Shown here piece after piece: positions 44,572 to 59,000 of a DNA stretch of 64,000 nucleotides. The notes below the pieces were generated by a model that was given only the letters and a program-made list of their open reading frames with translations, did not search any database and had not been told where the DNA came from. The stretch spans positions 11,656,001 through 11,720,000 of the forward strand of contig OZ281501.1 in the NCBI GenBank assembly GCA_965637545.1. The letters are read 5' to 3'. The DNA comes from Phallusia mammillata (lineage: Eukaryota). A program made the translations under genes and the position numbers. Each line of letters begins with the position of its first letter. The first letter of the stretch is position 1.

Positions 44572-46508
44572 TGGTACGGATTCACGGCTTTTTCACAATA
44601 TTATATCTTCGCGAGTACTTTGCCTGTATAGTTAAACAGAAATTTATTTCGAAATTTGTGTTTTTGATTTTAAGATGTTCAATATTAACAACCAGGCTTG
44701 CAAATCACCTTGTACAACTGTCACAAAAAAACATGTTTTTGTACTGTTATAATATGCGAAGTAGGTGGTAAACAAATGAAGCACTTTTGAGGATTGCGGT
44801 GTAGTCTGTAGTTCTAAAGGCGAAGTATAACTTCTTTCACACTAAAACTAAAATTCCATACCAACCGAGTACACTGCAGTAAGAAAAATCTAATCACAAA
44901 CATAAATCTTAATCTATTCTGCACAAATCATTCAAATTTAACAAATCAAGTTATACCTGCACTAAATTCGCAGTACGTTGCGTTGCTGTGAGTCAACTTA
45001 GCCCGAAGAATTTGGTGCCTTTTTCATCAAACAACGCGTAAGCACAATCCGATTTTAAAATCTATGCTGAGTGCAGACCAAGAAACGCAACTGGTAAAGT
45101 GTTACACAACTAATCGTATTCGTTGTGGGATTATAAAAGTCATTTCCATTACAGTCCGTCTGTTACGTATCGCCCCATTCTGAAGTGGTAATGGTATTTG
45201 ACTTCGAAAGAATTCAAGCTCAGTCAAAATTTACACTAAACAAAACAAACTTCATTCTTCAAACAATTATCCATGTTTCTATTGCGACCAACAGAAATAT
45301 TTTTATGTAAAGTAAACCGAATACGATACTGGTTGATGTTTTATGTTCGTCATTTGATGAAGATGTTAAAAGTATTGTACAGCTTTAAATGGTTATCAAT
45401 GCGGTGATCAAATAGTGTAGAATGAATAAAGTGTAATCTTCTTGTCAAGTCAAACCTTGGTCGTAAGCATCGGCCATCAACTTGTACACGTATGGCAAAA
45501 CGCAGCCGAAGTGTGAGAGAAAAAGGTCTCTCTACCAGCAGCTTGACAAGGCTGGGCCTGCTGACGTCACTGACTGGTAATGCCGTACGGCTCTGTACAG
45601 CATGTAAACTGCTGGTCACAAGGTACATTGGACATATAATTGATCTGTGTATGTAGGCAAGTAGTATTTGACTAAAAGTAACGCCGTTATTATGAACAGC
45701 AAAATACATGTAGCTCGTTTGAAACAAATAAATGTGAAATAATTGTCGACGTCGCTTTCTGCGTTCTCATTCTCAAGTTCCTTGAATCTTGTTTTCTTTT
45801 ATAAAAGAAAGCTTGGGAAACAAATAGCATGCGACAGAAGCTGGATGAAATATTTGGCCAGAGAAAGGTATTTTCCTTTGTCAATTAACACTGCATATCT
45901 TGACATTAAAGTCGTACAGTTGTTTTAAGCTATATATAACAAACTAACATGGGGGAAAATTCCATTTGGTATCAGAAATTTTATATAGGTTTAATAACAT
46001 AAATCTAAGCTTGTTAAAAAGTTTTAGGCCTACTTTGTTTGCATAAATTGTCTGTATTTCACATGATATATACTTGAACTGTCGCAGTTTTTTTTTGTAA
46101 TTTTACATTTAACATTGCCATTTATATAAATATTAGGCTATTTTAAAACTGTAAGATGTACATTAATTGAGGTGTGAAGCTTGCCCCGTACGGCATGAGG
46201 GTATGGTTACAAGATATAATTCAATATCTAATGATGGGCCAGTCTGCAGAACATGGCAGTTCCCGACGAGATCTCACGCATGCAGGACCTATTTGTCCCA
46301 TGCGTGCACGACCCGTAAATTCGCGTGCAAGACCAATTTCAGCAGGCGCAAAGCAAGCGCTAGAGTTTAACATAGGACAATTAATGCCTTTTTGATGCGA
46401 AATTTCTGCGTACAACGCCGAAAATTCGGTGTGCAAAACTTTTTTTTCAAAACTAAATCGTGCGTGCACCTGCCATACTCTGCAGACTGGATGATGGCTA
46501 AACGAGGT

Positions 46509-49500
46509 ATGGATAATCAAGAAAGCACAGTTGTAAAACTGAATCTGTATAAACTCGATTAAACAGACCGGCATGTTTACTAATGAAATAATGTGTAGGT
46601 TGTTTCTCTTTGTTTGTATTGGTTCTAAAATAAACTGTTGGTTTCAATTTGTGCGTAATTTCTTTTAATGTTGTTTTGTCTGATTTCAGATCGATCTAAT
46701 TCATTCAGCATTTGTTGTGCACACACTTTATCAACAACAAAAGTTGGGAAAATATTGTGACCTAAAGGTTTTGGTTGGGGACAAGCAGTACTTTGTACAT
46801 AGATGTATCCTGGCAGCTGCTTCCGCACAACTTGATTCACAAATTAATGTAAGCTTTTTATTTTCATTTGTCTTTTTTACAAAACAGTTACCAACAGTGC
46901 TTCATACCGCAACGAAACAAAACAAAATACGCTATTCGTTCTCAGCAAATTATGTATTTCGTTCCGGTACCGATATTTTCATTTCGTTCTGGTACCGATA
47001 TTATCGTTTTGTTCCGGTCTAACTGAAATTACTTATTTTGTGGTCTTAACAAAAGATCCTCTCTTTGTGGTCTTTACAATTAAACAAACAAGGAAAAAAG
47101 TTGCAACAGACAGCAAATACTGTCAAGGATAGTTCATACATCACTTTACATTTGTCAGTTAAAGTCAAACAGGTTGTACATTGTTGGAGCTTTAACAGTA
47201 TTTCGTTCGGTTTCAGTACAGAATATTTTTTATTTCTGTATTTCGTTCCAGTATTTGAGCCAAAAATCATTTCTTATGTTTTGGTATAACATTCCATTCC
47301 AGTATGAAACCTTGGTTACCAACATGTGACTTTTATTGATTTGTTTGTTTTTGTTTTTTGAAAATTTGTGTAATACCATCTTTACTGTTGTATTAAGTTA
47401 AATGTATAGTTATACTTTGAAAAAACCTAAAACCCTAAAAACATAAATCAAACTTTTTTGACCCAGGGGCAAAGGTATTGACTTTTCAGACAAAGTAAGG
47501 GAGAATTTGTTTGCATTTTATTGAACTTTCCAGCTATGTCTATGCTCTTGTAATCATGACAAGTTATTGAAATTCTGTTAGTTCAGATTTGTATATTATT
47601 AAAATATACACAAGCAATTTAAGGACAGTTATTTCATTTTTGTTGGAATATTTACATTTGTTTTTTCATTGTTGTGTTAAAACAACAACTTTTCTTAATT
47701 GTCACCAATAGTTTTAAAATAATCAAGGTCTTATTTTACATTTTTCATAAATTACTCTGTGTTTGTTTTTCAGGGATTGGATACAATACAACTTGTTGGT
47801 GTAACTTATTATGGGTTTGAGTGCCTTTTGGAAATTTTGTACTCTGGGAAGTTGAATGATATTTCCAGCCTAAGTGATGCTAAGTTTCAACAAATTGTTA
47901 GTGCTGCTGATGCATTGAATGCAGAAACAGTAAGTTAAAATAATATATACATTGTTTGCTAATCTATCGGTCTAGTACTTATTATAAAATCTTTTCAGGT
48001 TATGGAATATTGCACGAGGGAAAGGGGTGACCTGATGGCAATTCTTTTGCGGAGGAGTAGCACTGTAAATGTTGGAAGCATGGCTTCTCAGGTTTGATAA
48101 AATTTATTTTTTGCACATTTTTATGGGTCCCCTTCCTGAAGGGGACACATATTGTTTTTGTCCGTATTTTTTTTTCTTTTTTTCTGTCTAACGCTGGTTT
48201 GTGAGACACATTTGGTCAAGAAAGAGTGCTTTGAATGTGTTCAAATTTACAGAGATGTTAGTTAATAATCCAAATTGGATCCTCCTGAAGTTTGATCCCG
48301 ATTGACCCAGCGGTTCACCCACAGGCCCCCAAAACGATTTTTTTAAAAACAGCTGTACTGACTAAAGTACATAATCCGAGAGTTTCATGCTTTGTTGGTT
48401 GGTGCAATGTATAGTATTGTAAAGAATTTTGTAACTTTTTATTGGATTCACCAATTTTCACCCCTAAACCCCGAAAAAATAAGTTTTAGGCCAGAAATAC
48501 AAGCCCTAATGTGCTAAAATGTTAAACAATTATATGCAGTAGGTTATTCGTTTAGTATTTAAAATTTTGCATTAATCGGCCAAATAGTTACTTTTACAGT
48601 CCATAATATGTGTACACTGTCAGTCAGATAGAAGTCTCACATCTCAATGGAGTAATTTATTGGTTTACGATTAATGGGGGTGAATGCAGAGCGGTAGTAT
48701 TTAAAATTTGGCCTTAATCGGCCAAATAGTTACTTTTACAGTCCATAATATGTGTACACTGTCAGTCAGATAGAAGTATCACATCTCAATGGAGTAATTT
48801 ATTGGTTTACGGCAGGGGTGTCCAACACGTGGCACGCAGAGCATTTGAAAATGGCACGCAAGCTTTTGCACATTCAGATGATAAACATTAGGATTTATCA
48901 GGCAATTAATTTTTTTCTATTGATTCTTCTCCAAATTTAGTAAAGATTATCAGTATCAAGGTTACACAAACTCACTGATTAAATTGGTCGTTTTTTGAGC
49001 CCCGTTGCAAACTATTTGTATCTTGTGTCGCATAAATGAAATAAAATGTTTCTGGAGTATCACAAACAAGTTTACTCGCATTTCACGACATATTTTTTTC
49101 TAATTAATTAGGGTTTTACATATTGGCAAAATTTTCGGATTGAGTCCATACCATTAAGACGTTTAAGACATGGTTTGGAAAAAGTACCAAACGTTGGCAC
49201 GCGAGTATATTTTAAAACCAAAATTGGCATGGCGGTGTGTTCGAGTTGGACATCCCTGGTTTACGGTTAAGGCAAATGAATGCAGAGCGGGAGGGCTCAG
49301 CTTGACGTCCTAAAATCTGGGGTGCGCATTATGCATGGGTACAACAATTTTTGAAGAAAATCTCCCTCGAAATAAAACTTGAAATCACACCTTTCTTCTT
49401 GTTTGTTGTCAATCATGCATCATATTCAGCCATCCTGCCCAACACACTTAGTCAGTAAAATTCATAATTGACGACACTATCCTTTTCCATTTGTAAACGC

Positions 49501-52500
49501 CGCAATCTTACTGGGTGCGTTCAAGCGGAACCGATCTTAATAAAAAACGCAGTGTGCAGTCTCTACTTGGTAGTCTTTGGTTTCAATTCACAGTTTAATT
49601 AGCAGTTTCATCAAGATGGCTGCTGTTCACTTCAAACACGCTCCATACGAACACAATGCTCTCGTATCCAGACGCTTGCTCGATCACCTGCTCGTTTGCT
49701 GTCACAATGTACCCTATACAAATCCGAAACATTTCTTCTCTATCGAGTTTGCTAGCGCATGCGCAGTGATACTGACCGGCAGAATAACATCCGGTTGTTC
49801 CCAAAGATGATCTTTTTTCTCAACTAATTTTACGTTTACGGACTTAAGTAAGAGTCAAAGTTTGGGTGCGTATTATACATGGGTACAGGCTTTTTTCCAG
49901 CATCGACATGCCATTTTTAGGGTGCGTATTATGCACGGGGGCGCATTATGCATGGAAAATTACGGTATCCCGTTCTTATTTGCTGTTTTTTTTTTTTTTT
50001 GACAAAACTTAAAGTTGGGTTAATGCCTATTGAAAGTTTTTCCTTAAAAATCTAAAAATAACCGGAACATTTGTTTCCGTAAATCCGCACAAATGCGCGT
50101 GTGGGGACCCATTTGTTTTTGCTTGCAAAAGCAATCATATGTGTAGATCAAATGATGTGTATGGTAAATTTGTAATATAGGATATAGAATATACAAAATG
50201 GAAGTATTTTAGAAAGCCACCTTTCTAGTACAAAAAGCATTCATACTTTTTATTCATACTTTTAGCCTTCACAATTAGAAGCTGCTCCTGGTAGTCAACA
50301 TCAAGAAGGTATTTATAATGGGCTCCTTCCCAGAAGAGGGCACATATTTTTTTGGTACTTGCAGCTATAAGAGGAAATTTAGCATTAAAAATGATCACAT
50401 CCTACTAATGTGCTACTGTTTATATACACATATGTGAGACCCATAGGTTTCTGCTTGCAGACACAAATATGCTATAAATTGGCGGGAAGCATGGGTGACA
50501 AAAATATATCCCTTGTAATCTTAACAAATTTAATATATATATGTAATAAATTTTACCAAGTAATCAACAATACAATGGAAAGCCACCATTCTTTAATACT
50601 ATTTGCTTAAGTATATGTATTACTAAAATGCACCACTTTTAACATAACCATGTATCTCATAATTTTATTTCAGCAGTATCTCATCCTCAGGATGGTTCAG
50701 GGTAAGTTTTTTTATACTGTTGATAAGTAAGCATAGCATTCCTCCTTTATTTATACATGACTCCTTTACTCATGCATTGTTTTTTATTATATTACTAAAC
50801 ATAATTTTTTTATTTATTTAGGGTTCCTGTTAAAGCCGAAGTCACTGAATTGTCAGCAAATCAGCAAAGTATGTCAAGTAAAATATTTTTGTTTTAAAAT
50901 ACTTTTGTTTACATATCCCATGTTTCAGATTTTATTGACCAACATCAACAACAACATATTGTAAATGAGGCCAGGTAAATTTTCTATCATTAAAAAACTA
51001 TCAGCAACTGTAGTAATCCTTTGTTTTGATGTAAAGGGCTCCTGCAAAAGATTTTGAGCAGGATTTATCTGAAACTCCTGTTGCTGCCGAAGTTGAGGTT
51101 GACAACACTCATTCAATGCAAACAGAAGGTTAGCTCTATGGCAATATCTTTGACATTTCCAAATGTATCTGGATGTAAATTTATTTTAAAAGTAATCCTT
51201 GAACCCACATTTCAGTAGACAATCCCGTCCGCGAGCCCCCAAAGCCAGAAGGCCATCTCACACCCAACAATATGTACCAACCAGTTCCTGTTGTTTACAC
51301 TGAAAGTGATGCAGTGAACAATCGGGAGTACCATGATGAAGAAGGTTGGATAAGTTTTGTGTTATGTTTTAAATCACTTTAGAATGAAGACAAAAATCTA
51401 ATTGTTAAATGTTTGTTTGGTGTTGCTGAAGAATATGAATCTGAAACTTCAATTTCCTGTCGGGTGTGTGGAGCGGTTTTCCTCAACTCATCCGATCTTA
51501 AAGATCACATGCACTCTCACATTGGTGAAAAGTTATTCAGGTACAAACATAACAGCATGGCATCTTTTGTTTTTTACATTTTAGATTTTTTTTGTCAACA
51601 AATTGTCCATTTAAATTGTTTTACTTGAAAAAGTACAGAGCCTTGAAATATATTGTTAGATGCTATGCTGAAGAAACAAATGTGGAGTTTGAATCTGCCC
51701 TGTTAAACATTTTATCTTTGATTATAACAATTATGGATTAGTAATAGGTTGTGTTTTTGTAACAAAATAGTTTTTTTTAGTTTTTTTGTGACACAAATGC
51801 ATAAATACGTATTTCTTGTGGTCATTTTTGATGAGTTAAAAAACGTCGGCATTTAACTGTTAAAGGTTTTGAAGTTGAACATGGTTTAATGTCACTGGTG
51901 GTGGTTTGCTCTTATGGTCCCCTTTAAGGGTTCATGGGCCTCAGGGGAAAATGGGGGTTTCAAATTAATTTGTTTATTTGACATATACTTTTACCAAGCT
52001 GTATTGGATGCTGGTTTGACATGGCTCTGCTGTTTGCATGTAATTTATAACTTAGATTTTGGAAAAGTTTTTGTGACTTAGCTAATTATGTTAAATAACT
52101 TGGTGTGATAAATTGAGCCAGTTAGCTACCTGATTAATATGAACTGTATTATCTTTACACAATTTGTTTCAGATGTGAAATCTGTGGACTTCACTTTAAG
52201 TTTCAATCCAACCTTTGGAAACACAAAGATTCACACAAAACTGAAATGACTTGTTATATTTGTGGAGAGGAATTTAAGGTACACCCATTTGGTGCACTAA
52301 TGGCTGCCTATTTGATTTCACATCACAGTTTTAATTTGTTTGTTTGTTGCTCAGATATTAAAAGCACTTCAAACCCATATGAAGGATGAACACCCTGAAC
52401 AGTTATCATCTGATGTAAGTCAGTATGTCTACACTGTTAAAGTTAAACTGCATTACTAAAGAAGGTGTATGTATGTATTTTATTGCCACTATTAAAAATT

Positions 52501-54647
52501 AATATAGGTTTGTGCAATAGATTAAAAATTGATTTTGCTGTTATGTTCAACAATGTTAATTCATTATTTGTGGTTTGTTTGCTTGTTGCAAAACATACTA
52601 CTGCAGCATCTTTTTTAAATTATACATGATTTGTTTGTTATAAAAATGTTTTTGGTTAGTATCATGCTGATGGCAACAACCTAAAACCACAAAGGTTTAT
52701 AAAGAAAAGAACGGGAGTAACTCCATCAATGGAACGAAATAAATCAGCAGGTAAATCAAGTAATTCAATTTCCAGATGTTTTGAGCAGTTTAGTACAAAT
52801 ATGCCTCCAGAACCACATGCATTACATAAATGCTTTATAGAGTTTTGTATTCCTTTTTACAATCTGACAAGTTGTTTTGTTTAGCTGAATCACTAATAAG
52901 TCCTGTTGTGGTGAATGACATCATGAGAGGGGCAAATGGAAAATACCAGTGTCCTCTGTGTGAACGTGGATTTGATCGAAGGTGGAATCTCAAGTGCCAT
53001 GTTCTCATACACACAGCTGCTGTACGTTTTTATTTTTGTGGATTTTGGGCTCAAAATTCCTTTTTGCATCAAAATCAGACTCTTCTTTCTTGGCTCTTGT
53101 ATAAAACCGTTTTCCATGAATGAAATGATTCAAAATATTCTTATTGCTCTACTTCAATTTTGTCAATTTTTAGCTAAAATTCAGACCAGACTTTCTTTTA
53201 GACATCATTTTTATGGTTTTCAGCAAAATCCATGTTATCAAATTGTAGGCCATTTTTAAAAACATTCTTATAGCTCTAATTTTCATCTGTAATGACTTTC
53301 AGTTGCAAATAAACTACATTTGATTATAATTTAATATGTCAGGAAAACACAGGAATATGTTTTGCTATTACCTTTTTTAAAAGCATAATATATGCACCTG
53401 TGCAAAAATGTTACAAAAGCAAAAGCCACTTTCAAATATGGTCTTTATGAAAATTTATGTAGATGTTCAAATACGTATAATTCGTAAAAAACAATCATGT
53501 CAATTAAAAAAATGCTTTATAGCAAAAGAAGGGGCCTGGTGGAAGCGTGGGGGATTATCGTTACATTGAAGGAGGCTTTTCGTGTCCGGAATGTGGAAAA
53601 CCATTTCGCAATCTGCACAACTTGCGGCGCCATGCATCTACCATGCACGGGATGAACGCTGCGCAACTGGCAGAAGCAAGCGATCCCGCCCGTGTCGAAT
53701 ACCAGGCGAGAAAGCCCAAAGTCGCCCCTCCCAGGTGTGGCATAAATACATAGCGTTTGCGGTTGAAACCCATTACAGTTATGTTAAACTGATACGATCT
53801 GAAACGATCTTTTAATGCTATTATTATTTTACAGCGCTCTATAACTTTTTTAGTGTCATGAAACACTTTTTGGCAAATATTGCAGAATTCCCAATGAGTA
53901 GCTATTTAAAAACACACTATACAACAAATGCGCGTATAAACTTAATTAAAAACATATGCATTTTTTACCATCTCGGCACCCGCAGTAATGTGTTTAATTC
54001 GTGATAAAGCTCCCGTCCAAAACAAAATAAATAAAATCGTTTAAAGCACGGAGAGTTTGTAATATTTTTATAAATGATCTATTTGACTCGACTTAATGTG
54101 TATGGTTGGTGAACTTTGATGCAATTTCTAACCAGATATTTTTGCAGGAAAGTGGAACCAAACCAAGACAACGACTTCAAGTAAGATCGTGCTGTCACCA
54201 TATTTAACACTTGTAAATGTTTCTATTAATATAACGCATTGCATAAGATAATTTTTTAAAGATGTAGAAATGGTGATCTGTTTTGAAATAGTTTGTTATC
54301 ATTATCAGGCTAATATGTAATCGTCTTCACGCTAAATAGTTTGATTTTAGACTTACTGAGCATATTGTTTGTTTGTTTGTTTGTTTTTTCGAATAGAATT
54401 CGTGCACGCACTTCATACTTTTAAATCTAGGTTTTGGTGTTCGATCTGTGGGCGGGGCTTTAAACGAAACCGGAATCTTGTTGGCCACATGGAGTCGCAC
54501 CAGGGCGAAGGAAGTGGGAAGTACGATTGTCACGTGTGCGGCAGGAGGTTTGCGCAGAAGGAATCGCTTAACGGCCATCTGTGGGTCCACGGCGGCAAGA
54601 ACGAAGACGGCCAACCCGCCGAGGAAGTAACATGGACGGAGCAGTAA
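46509..54647 (+). CDS. BTB/POZ domain and seven C2H2 zinc-finger protein (ZBTB-like)
   Basis: Exons 46509-46532 (uncertain), 46690-46848, 47774-47929, 47999-48026 or -48091, 50279-50308, 50674-50701, 50822-50868, 50929-50974, 51037-51128, 51216-51344, 51432-51540, 52173-52278, 52355-52414, 52660-52750, 52885-53021, 53523-53734, 54148-54180, 54431-54647. BTB motif YCDLKVLVG..Y.VHRCILAAAS; fingers CRVC, CEIC, CYIC, CPLC, CPEC, CSIC, CHVC. Confidence 0.85.
46895..47314. mobile_element. hAT-type MITE (420 bp)
   Basis: 8-bp TSD GTTACCAA, imperfect TIR CAGTGCTTCATAC / GTATGAAACCTTG, subterminal ATTTCGTTC repeats. Confidence 0.82.
48121..49309 (-). mobile_element. Helitron/Helentron-like element (same family as 26066-26534) with internal 142-bp tandem repeat
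   Basis: Shares both termini and internal blocks with 26066-26534; hairpin GTCCCCTTC-CT-GAAGGGGAC; repeat units start at 48555 and 48697. Confidence 0.65.
48813..49258. mobile_element. hAT/Charlie-type MITE (446 bp), nested in the Helentron-like element
   Basis: TIR CAGGGGTGTCCAAC / GTTGGACATCCCTG, 8-bp TSD GTTTACGG. Inverted and longer relative of 20572-20905. Confidence 0.93.
49311..49967. mobile_element. Partial Tc1/mariner-pogo-like non-autonomous element (one end only)
   Basis: Repeated GGGTGCG(T/C)ATTAT(G/A)CA motifs and terminal GAAAATTACGGTA; no matching left end found. Confidence 0.5.
50014..50229. repeat. Interspersed repeat fragment, inverted homolog of 21108-21323
   Basis: Collinear similarity over ~215 bp by eye. 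Confidence 0.75.
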
Positions 54648-56041
54648 AGCCGGGGGTTTTGTCTCTGTTTTGAAGTCGGTTTATGATGGTCTCCATTGGT
54701 GGTACAATTTGCCGGAAATTTAACCCCAAAGACCTGCGGAATCGTCTCACTTTTTTGATTGGGTTTTAGGTCTGACTGAACAACTTCACCCGATCGAAAC
54801 CTGAAAAATTTTGATTGAGCGATAATGTAGTATGTTTTCGAGTTGATGATATTGTATTCCATGCAGCATAAAACACGATAAACCGTTTCCTGTCAGCGCA
54901 CTATTGCCAAACCTCACTTTTGTCGTTGTCTGTATAGGCACAACAATTTCTGTGTAAACATTTAAATTCCAGTACACGCCTCGACTGGTTGACCTCCATT
55001 ATCGACAGATTGCGTTTTTTTTTCTTTGCTGAAACTTTATGAAAGTTCCTAGCGTTGCTTGTTTGTCCCAAACTTTTGCAAACGTACGGTCTACTATTGT
55101 CGTTTTAGGTTCGGCTTTTCTAGGCATTCCAAACTATGTTTTCGTCATATTTCAACGTAGCCCGCGAACCCCTTCAAAATCAACTTTTGTTTTATTTATT
55201 TATGAGGTTGCTTAGAGTTTGTTGGCAGTTTCAGAAATACTCATGTGTATAAAATCACCCTTTCGTGTATGCTGGTCACTGTTCTTTGCTTCGCACAGTT
55301 TTTTTTATCGATTAATCATAAAATTGCATGTTGGGTTGCCTTAAAGGGCAAAAGTTATATACGCGAATGTGCTGAAGCAAAATGGTGTAGGTAAGAATTT
55401 GAAGTTGCTTATTTTTATATCTGCTGGCGCCACAATCTAAAAAATGTCTATTGGCTTGAACGCGCGGTTAGTTTATTAGCACTGTGTTGCTAAGTTATAG
55501 TGAAGGTTTTGTCGTTTTTTGTTGTTTCGCTTCGGCTGTTTTTATCTGGATGTTTATCGAAATTATGAATAAAGATACAGCTTTACCAGAAGAAGTTTCA
55601 AGTAAAATTTGCAGATTTTAAGCTGCAGCGAATTCAGCCCTGCTTATGTTGTGTCACAGTGGTTCATTAAACCGTTTTTACAAGCACAAGTTCGGTTTAA
55701 ATATAATGGCCTAAGTAATTGATTAGACCGAAATAACATATCAAATAAACATTCAAGCAAATTTTATTTAACCCCTAAACCTTAGTTCCACCGAATTCAG
55801 GTAATCCGGATCTTCTCCTAATTCGGGAAAAACTTGAGTTACAAATAATTTTTGATGTGGATTTGTAAAACTATTGACATCCGTTAACCCGAGCCCCAGA
55901 TGTTTTTAAGCCAATCATTATCTAAATACACATTGGAAGTCAAAATAATTTGTACGGTCATAGTATTTTATTGACAAGAAAGCTTGCAAAAATGAACACT
56001 GATTACCCTAAGAAACAGGATGTCTAGAACCGTACACGCAG

Positions 56042-59000
56042 TTAACTTTGTACGGCAAGAGTGGACGACACGTTGGACAACTGGCGAGGTGACACCATAT
56101 CTCCACTTGCAGAGGGAAATGGCGGGACCGGTGGCAGTTCAAGCGTGTCGTTCACGTGATCAGCTTCGTGGATTCGCAACACTGGTGCGGTGGAGGTTTT
56201 CACTTTGGGTAGAGCGTCGTGGTTGGGATTGTCCGGATCGTTTTGCTGGGGGTGGTTACGCGAAACTACCACTGGCCATGAACTGGCGTTAGCAGTGGCT
56301 GGAAGGCTATGGTGAAAGGCCTAGACAACATATTCGGAAATTATCATCCAAACTAGAAAAAGGTAGCGAACGACACAAATTGCCAAGTAACGGGTATTGG
56401 ACCTGAAAACTTTTACTGCAACATATTTTGTTCTTTCTTAAAAAAAAAACTTACAAATAATATCGAGGCATTGTACCTGAACAGCGGCTTTTCTGGCCTT
56501 GATACCAGCAACTCTCTGTTTAGCGGCAAGTAATCGGTCGTTTGTTTCCTGAAGAATTTGTGTATCAAACTTTGATTTTTCCTGGCCCGACTTCATTTGC
56601 CGGGAGATTTGCTTATGTTCCATGTAACGTCGCACCAATTCAGCTTGCTCCGACAACTGCATCTGTTGGAAAAAAACATTTTTTAGCAATCACCTTTTCG
56701 CATTGTTGTTTCTAGAAAATCGCCATAATTGTCATCAAACAATATGTTACAAACTTGGTATACCCCGTAATTATTCCCGACAAAAAATTGGGTTTCAAGG
56801 TAAACAGATGCATTAATTAGTACTGTATTACAAAATTTACAAAATCCTTGTCATCATAAAGTTACACCTACTTTCATATTTTGACGACACGCCTGCTATA
56901 AGTTCAGAAGGACTTTTCAAATAATTTAAAAAAGCGGTTTTGGGGAAAGGATGACATACCCTTCTTAGCAGAACATGCAAAATTATACAAAATATATGCT
57001 CCATTACACAAGGAAGTTAAGAAATCGCTGACTCGTTATTTTATGAATGACAAGAAGCACGGGGTTAGGAAACGAACCTTCACTCCACTGACGATATCTT
57101 CCTTGTCAGCTTTCACATCTTCCTTTGCAGCTTGGCGGTCGTGACGTATCAAGGCGTTTGACACTGACGTATGCTGGTTGCCAAAATCTGACGCAAACAT
57201 CAGCTCGGCGTGACGTGTACGGTGACGTTGCAAGGCACGTTCTTTTCTTTCTTGGGCCTGGCGAAATAGAATATTTTTGTTGCATGATATACATGTTCGT
57301 CACATAAAAGAACACACCACCTGAAAACTTTATATTGATTTACATTTGTAAAAAAACACAAGATGTCAGATCCTGATAAAATAGCTCATAAGCTAGTCTT
57401 AAAGCACGAGTTATTCACAGAAAAGAGAGTTTGGCAAAACTGAGCAAGTCGGAAACTGGCTTTGACGCACATCCACAGTATGATATGTTTAGATTGTTTA
57501 CACGTAGTATTTACAACTTACATATTCCACATAAGCGTTTTTGTTAATCTCTTGTTGCTGAAGAGCTTCGGCGATTCTTAGTCGATCTTCTTGTCGCTGA
57601 CTCATCGCTGTACTTCTTTTTTCTTCCTGTGAATAAAAAAGCTTTTTAGTCTTTTGTCATCGGTGCCAATTTTGACTGTGCAGATTCAGCTAGTCAAGAA
57701 AGTGGCGTCAGGACGTTTTTTTAAAAATGTTATGGTACATGAACTGTAATAAACCACCAATAATAAAGCATAATGCCGAAAATCAAAAAAACATGTTTTA
57801 ATTGAATTAATCGTTGGTAATTGCTAATTTTTGTAACGTAGAAATGTTTACATGCAGAATACCTTATATGCAGTGACAATGTGCTTGGCTTGCATCCTCT
57901 CCTGCTGAATCCGCATCACTCTATCAACCTTCATACTGATCAGATCGTTTTTGTCCCTGTCCCTGTACGCCTTCGAGACAGCCATAAGCGTCGCCAAGCT
58001 CACATTGTCACGCAACTGCAAAAAAACAATGGAACAATAGAGTTTTCTCTGAAAACTATGCTGGCAGCAACAGCTTATTTATTATTTTGTCACCTTAGAA
58101 AAAAATCTGTAGTGTATACAGGCTAATACAGGGGTTCCCAAACTTTTTTGGTCTGTGGCCTAAATGTCTATTTAATAGCGATTCGTGGCTCACCGCGTGC
58201 TGTAAATTTGGGCACAAACAAAACAATAACTCAAAAACAGGCGAAATGGTTTCTAGCAATTTATTTGTAATGAGATACATGCTCCTGAAATTTGGCTACA
58301 AGATTCGGAATTATTTGCAAATATTATGTTTTTCAAAACAAAGCGCATAATATCTACTGTATAGCAAAACAGTAGAATCTGTTCAAATGGCTCTGTGGCC
58401 CATTGAAAATGTCTTGGTGGCCTAGTACTGGGCCATGGCCCACAGTTTGGGAACCACTGGGCTAATATTTATCAGTTAGTAAATACAAGCATTTTACTCT
58501 GGGTGATGGGTTGTGTTTCTTCGCTTGTGGCCTTGGTTTTGAATATTCCTGTTCATGCCAATATTCGATTGCCTCCCGAATATCTCGACCTGCCTCACGA
58601 TTCATGATCAGATGTTCTTGGGTCGGTTCGATCTGGTCATTATAAAAACGTTTTTAATTTGTAAAAACACTTAGTCTTGTGTAAAGTTTTTGCACTTTCA
58701 GTTGAGCAAGACATGGTTATATGTAGAGATGCATCGAATCGAAATAATTTCCTTTTTATGCAATATTAAGTAGAAAAGACATCTTTTACCCTTCCAGCTT
58801 GTGTCATAAAGGGTCGAATCGGCCAAATAACTTCGGCAAACCGAGTATTTATCTCTAGTGTAAGTTGTAACGACTAAACACAGCTTGGAGTTGATTATTT
58901 GCAAAACCACTGAAACTTGTTGCTTTTTACCTCAGCCAGAGTGGGTTTTCCGCCGCCTATCTCAAACGCCTTGTCGTGTATTCGCCACTCGTGGTTCGGA

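Noticed and set aside
45350-45727. 125-aa ORF between the tRNA and the BTB-ZF gene
   Set aside because: No recognisable motif, splice support or coding-like composition.
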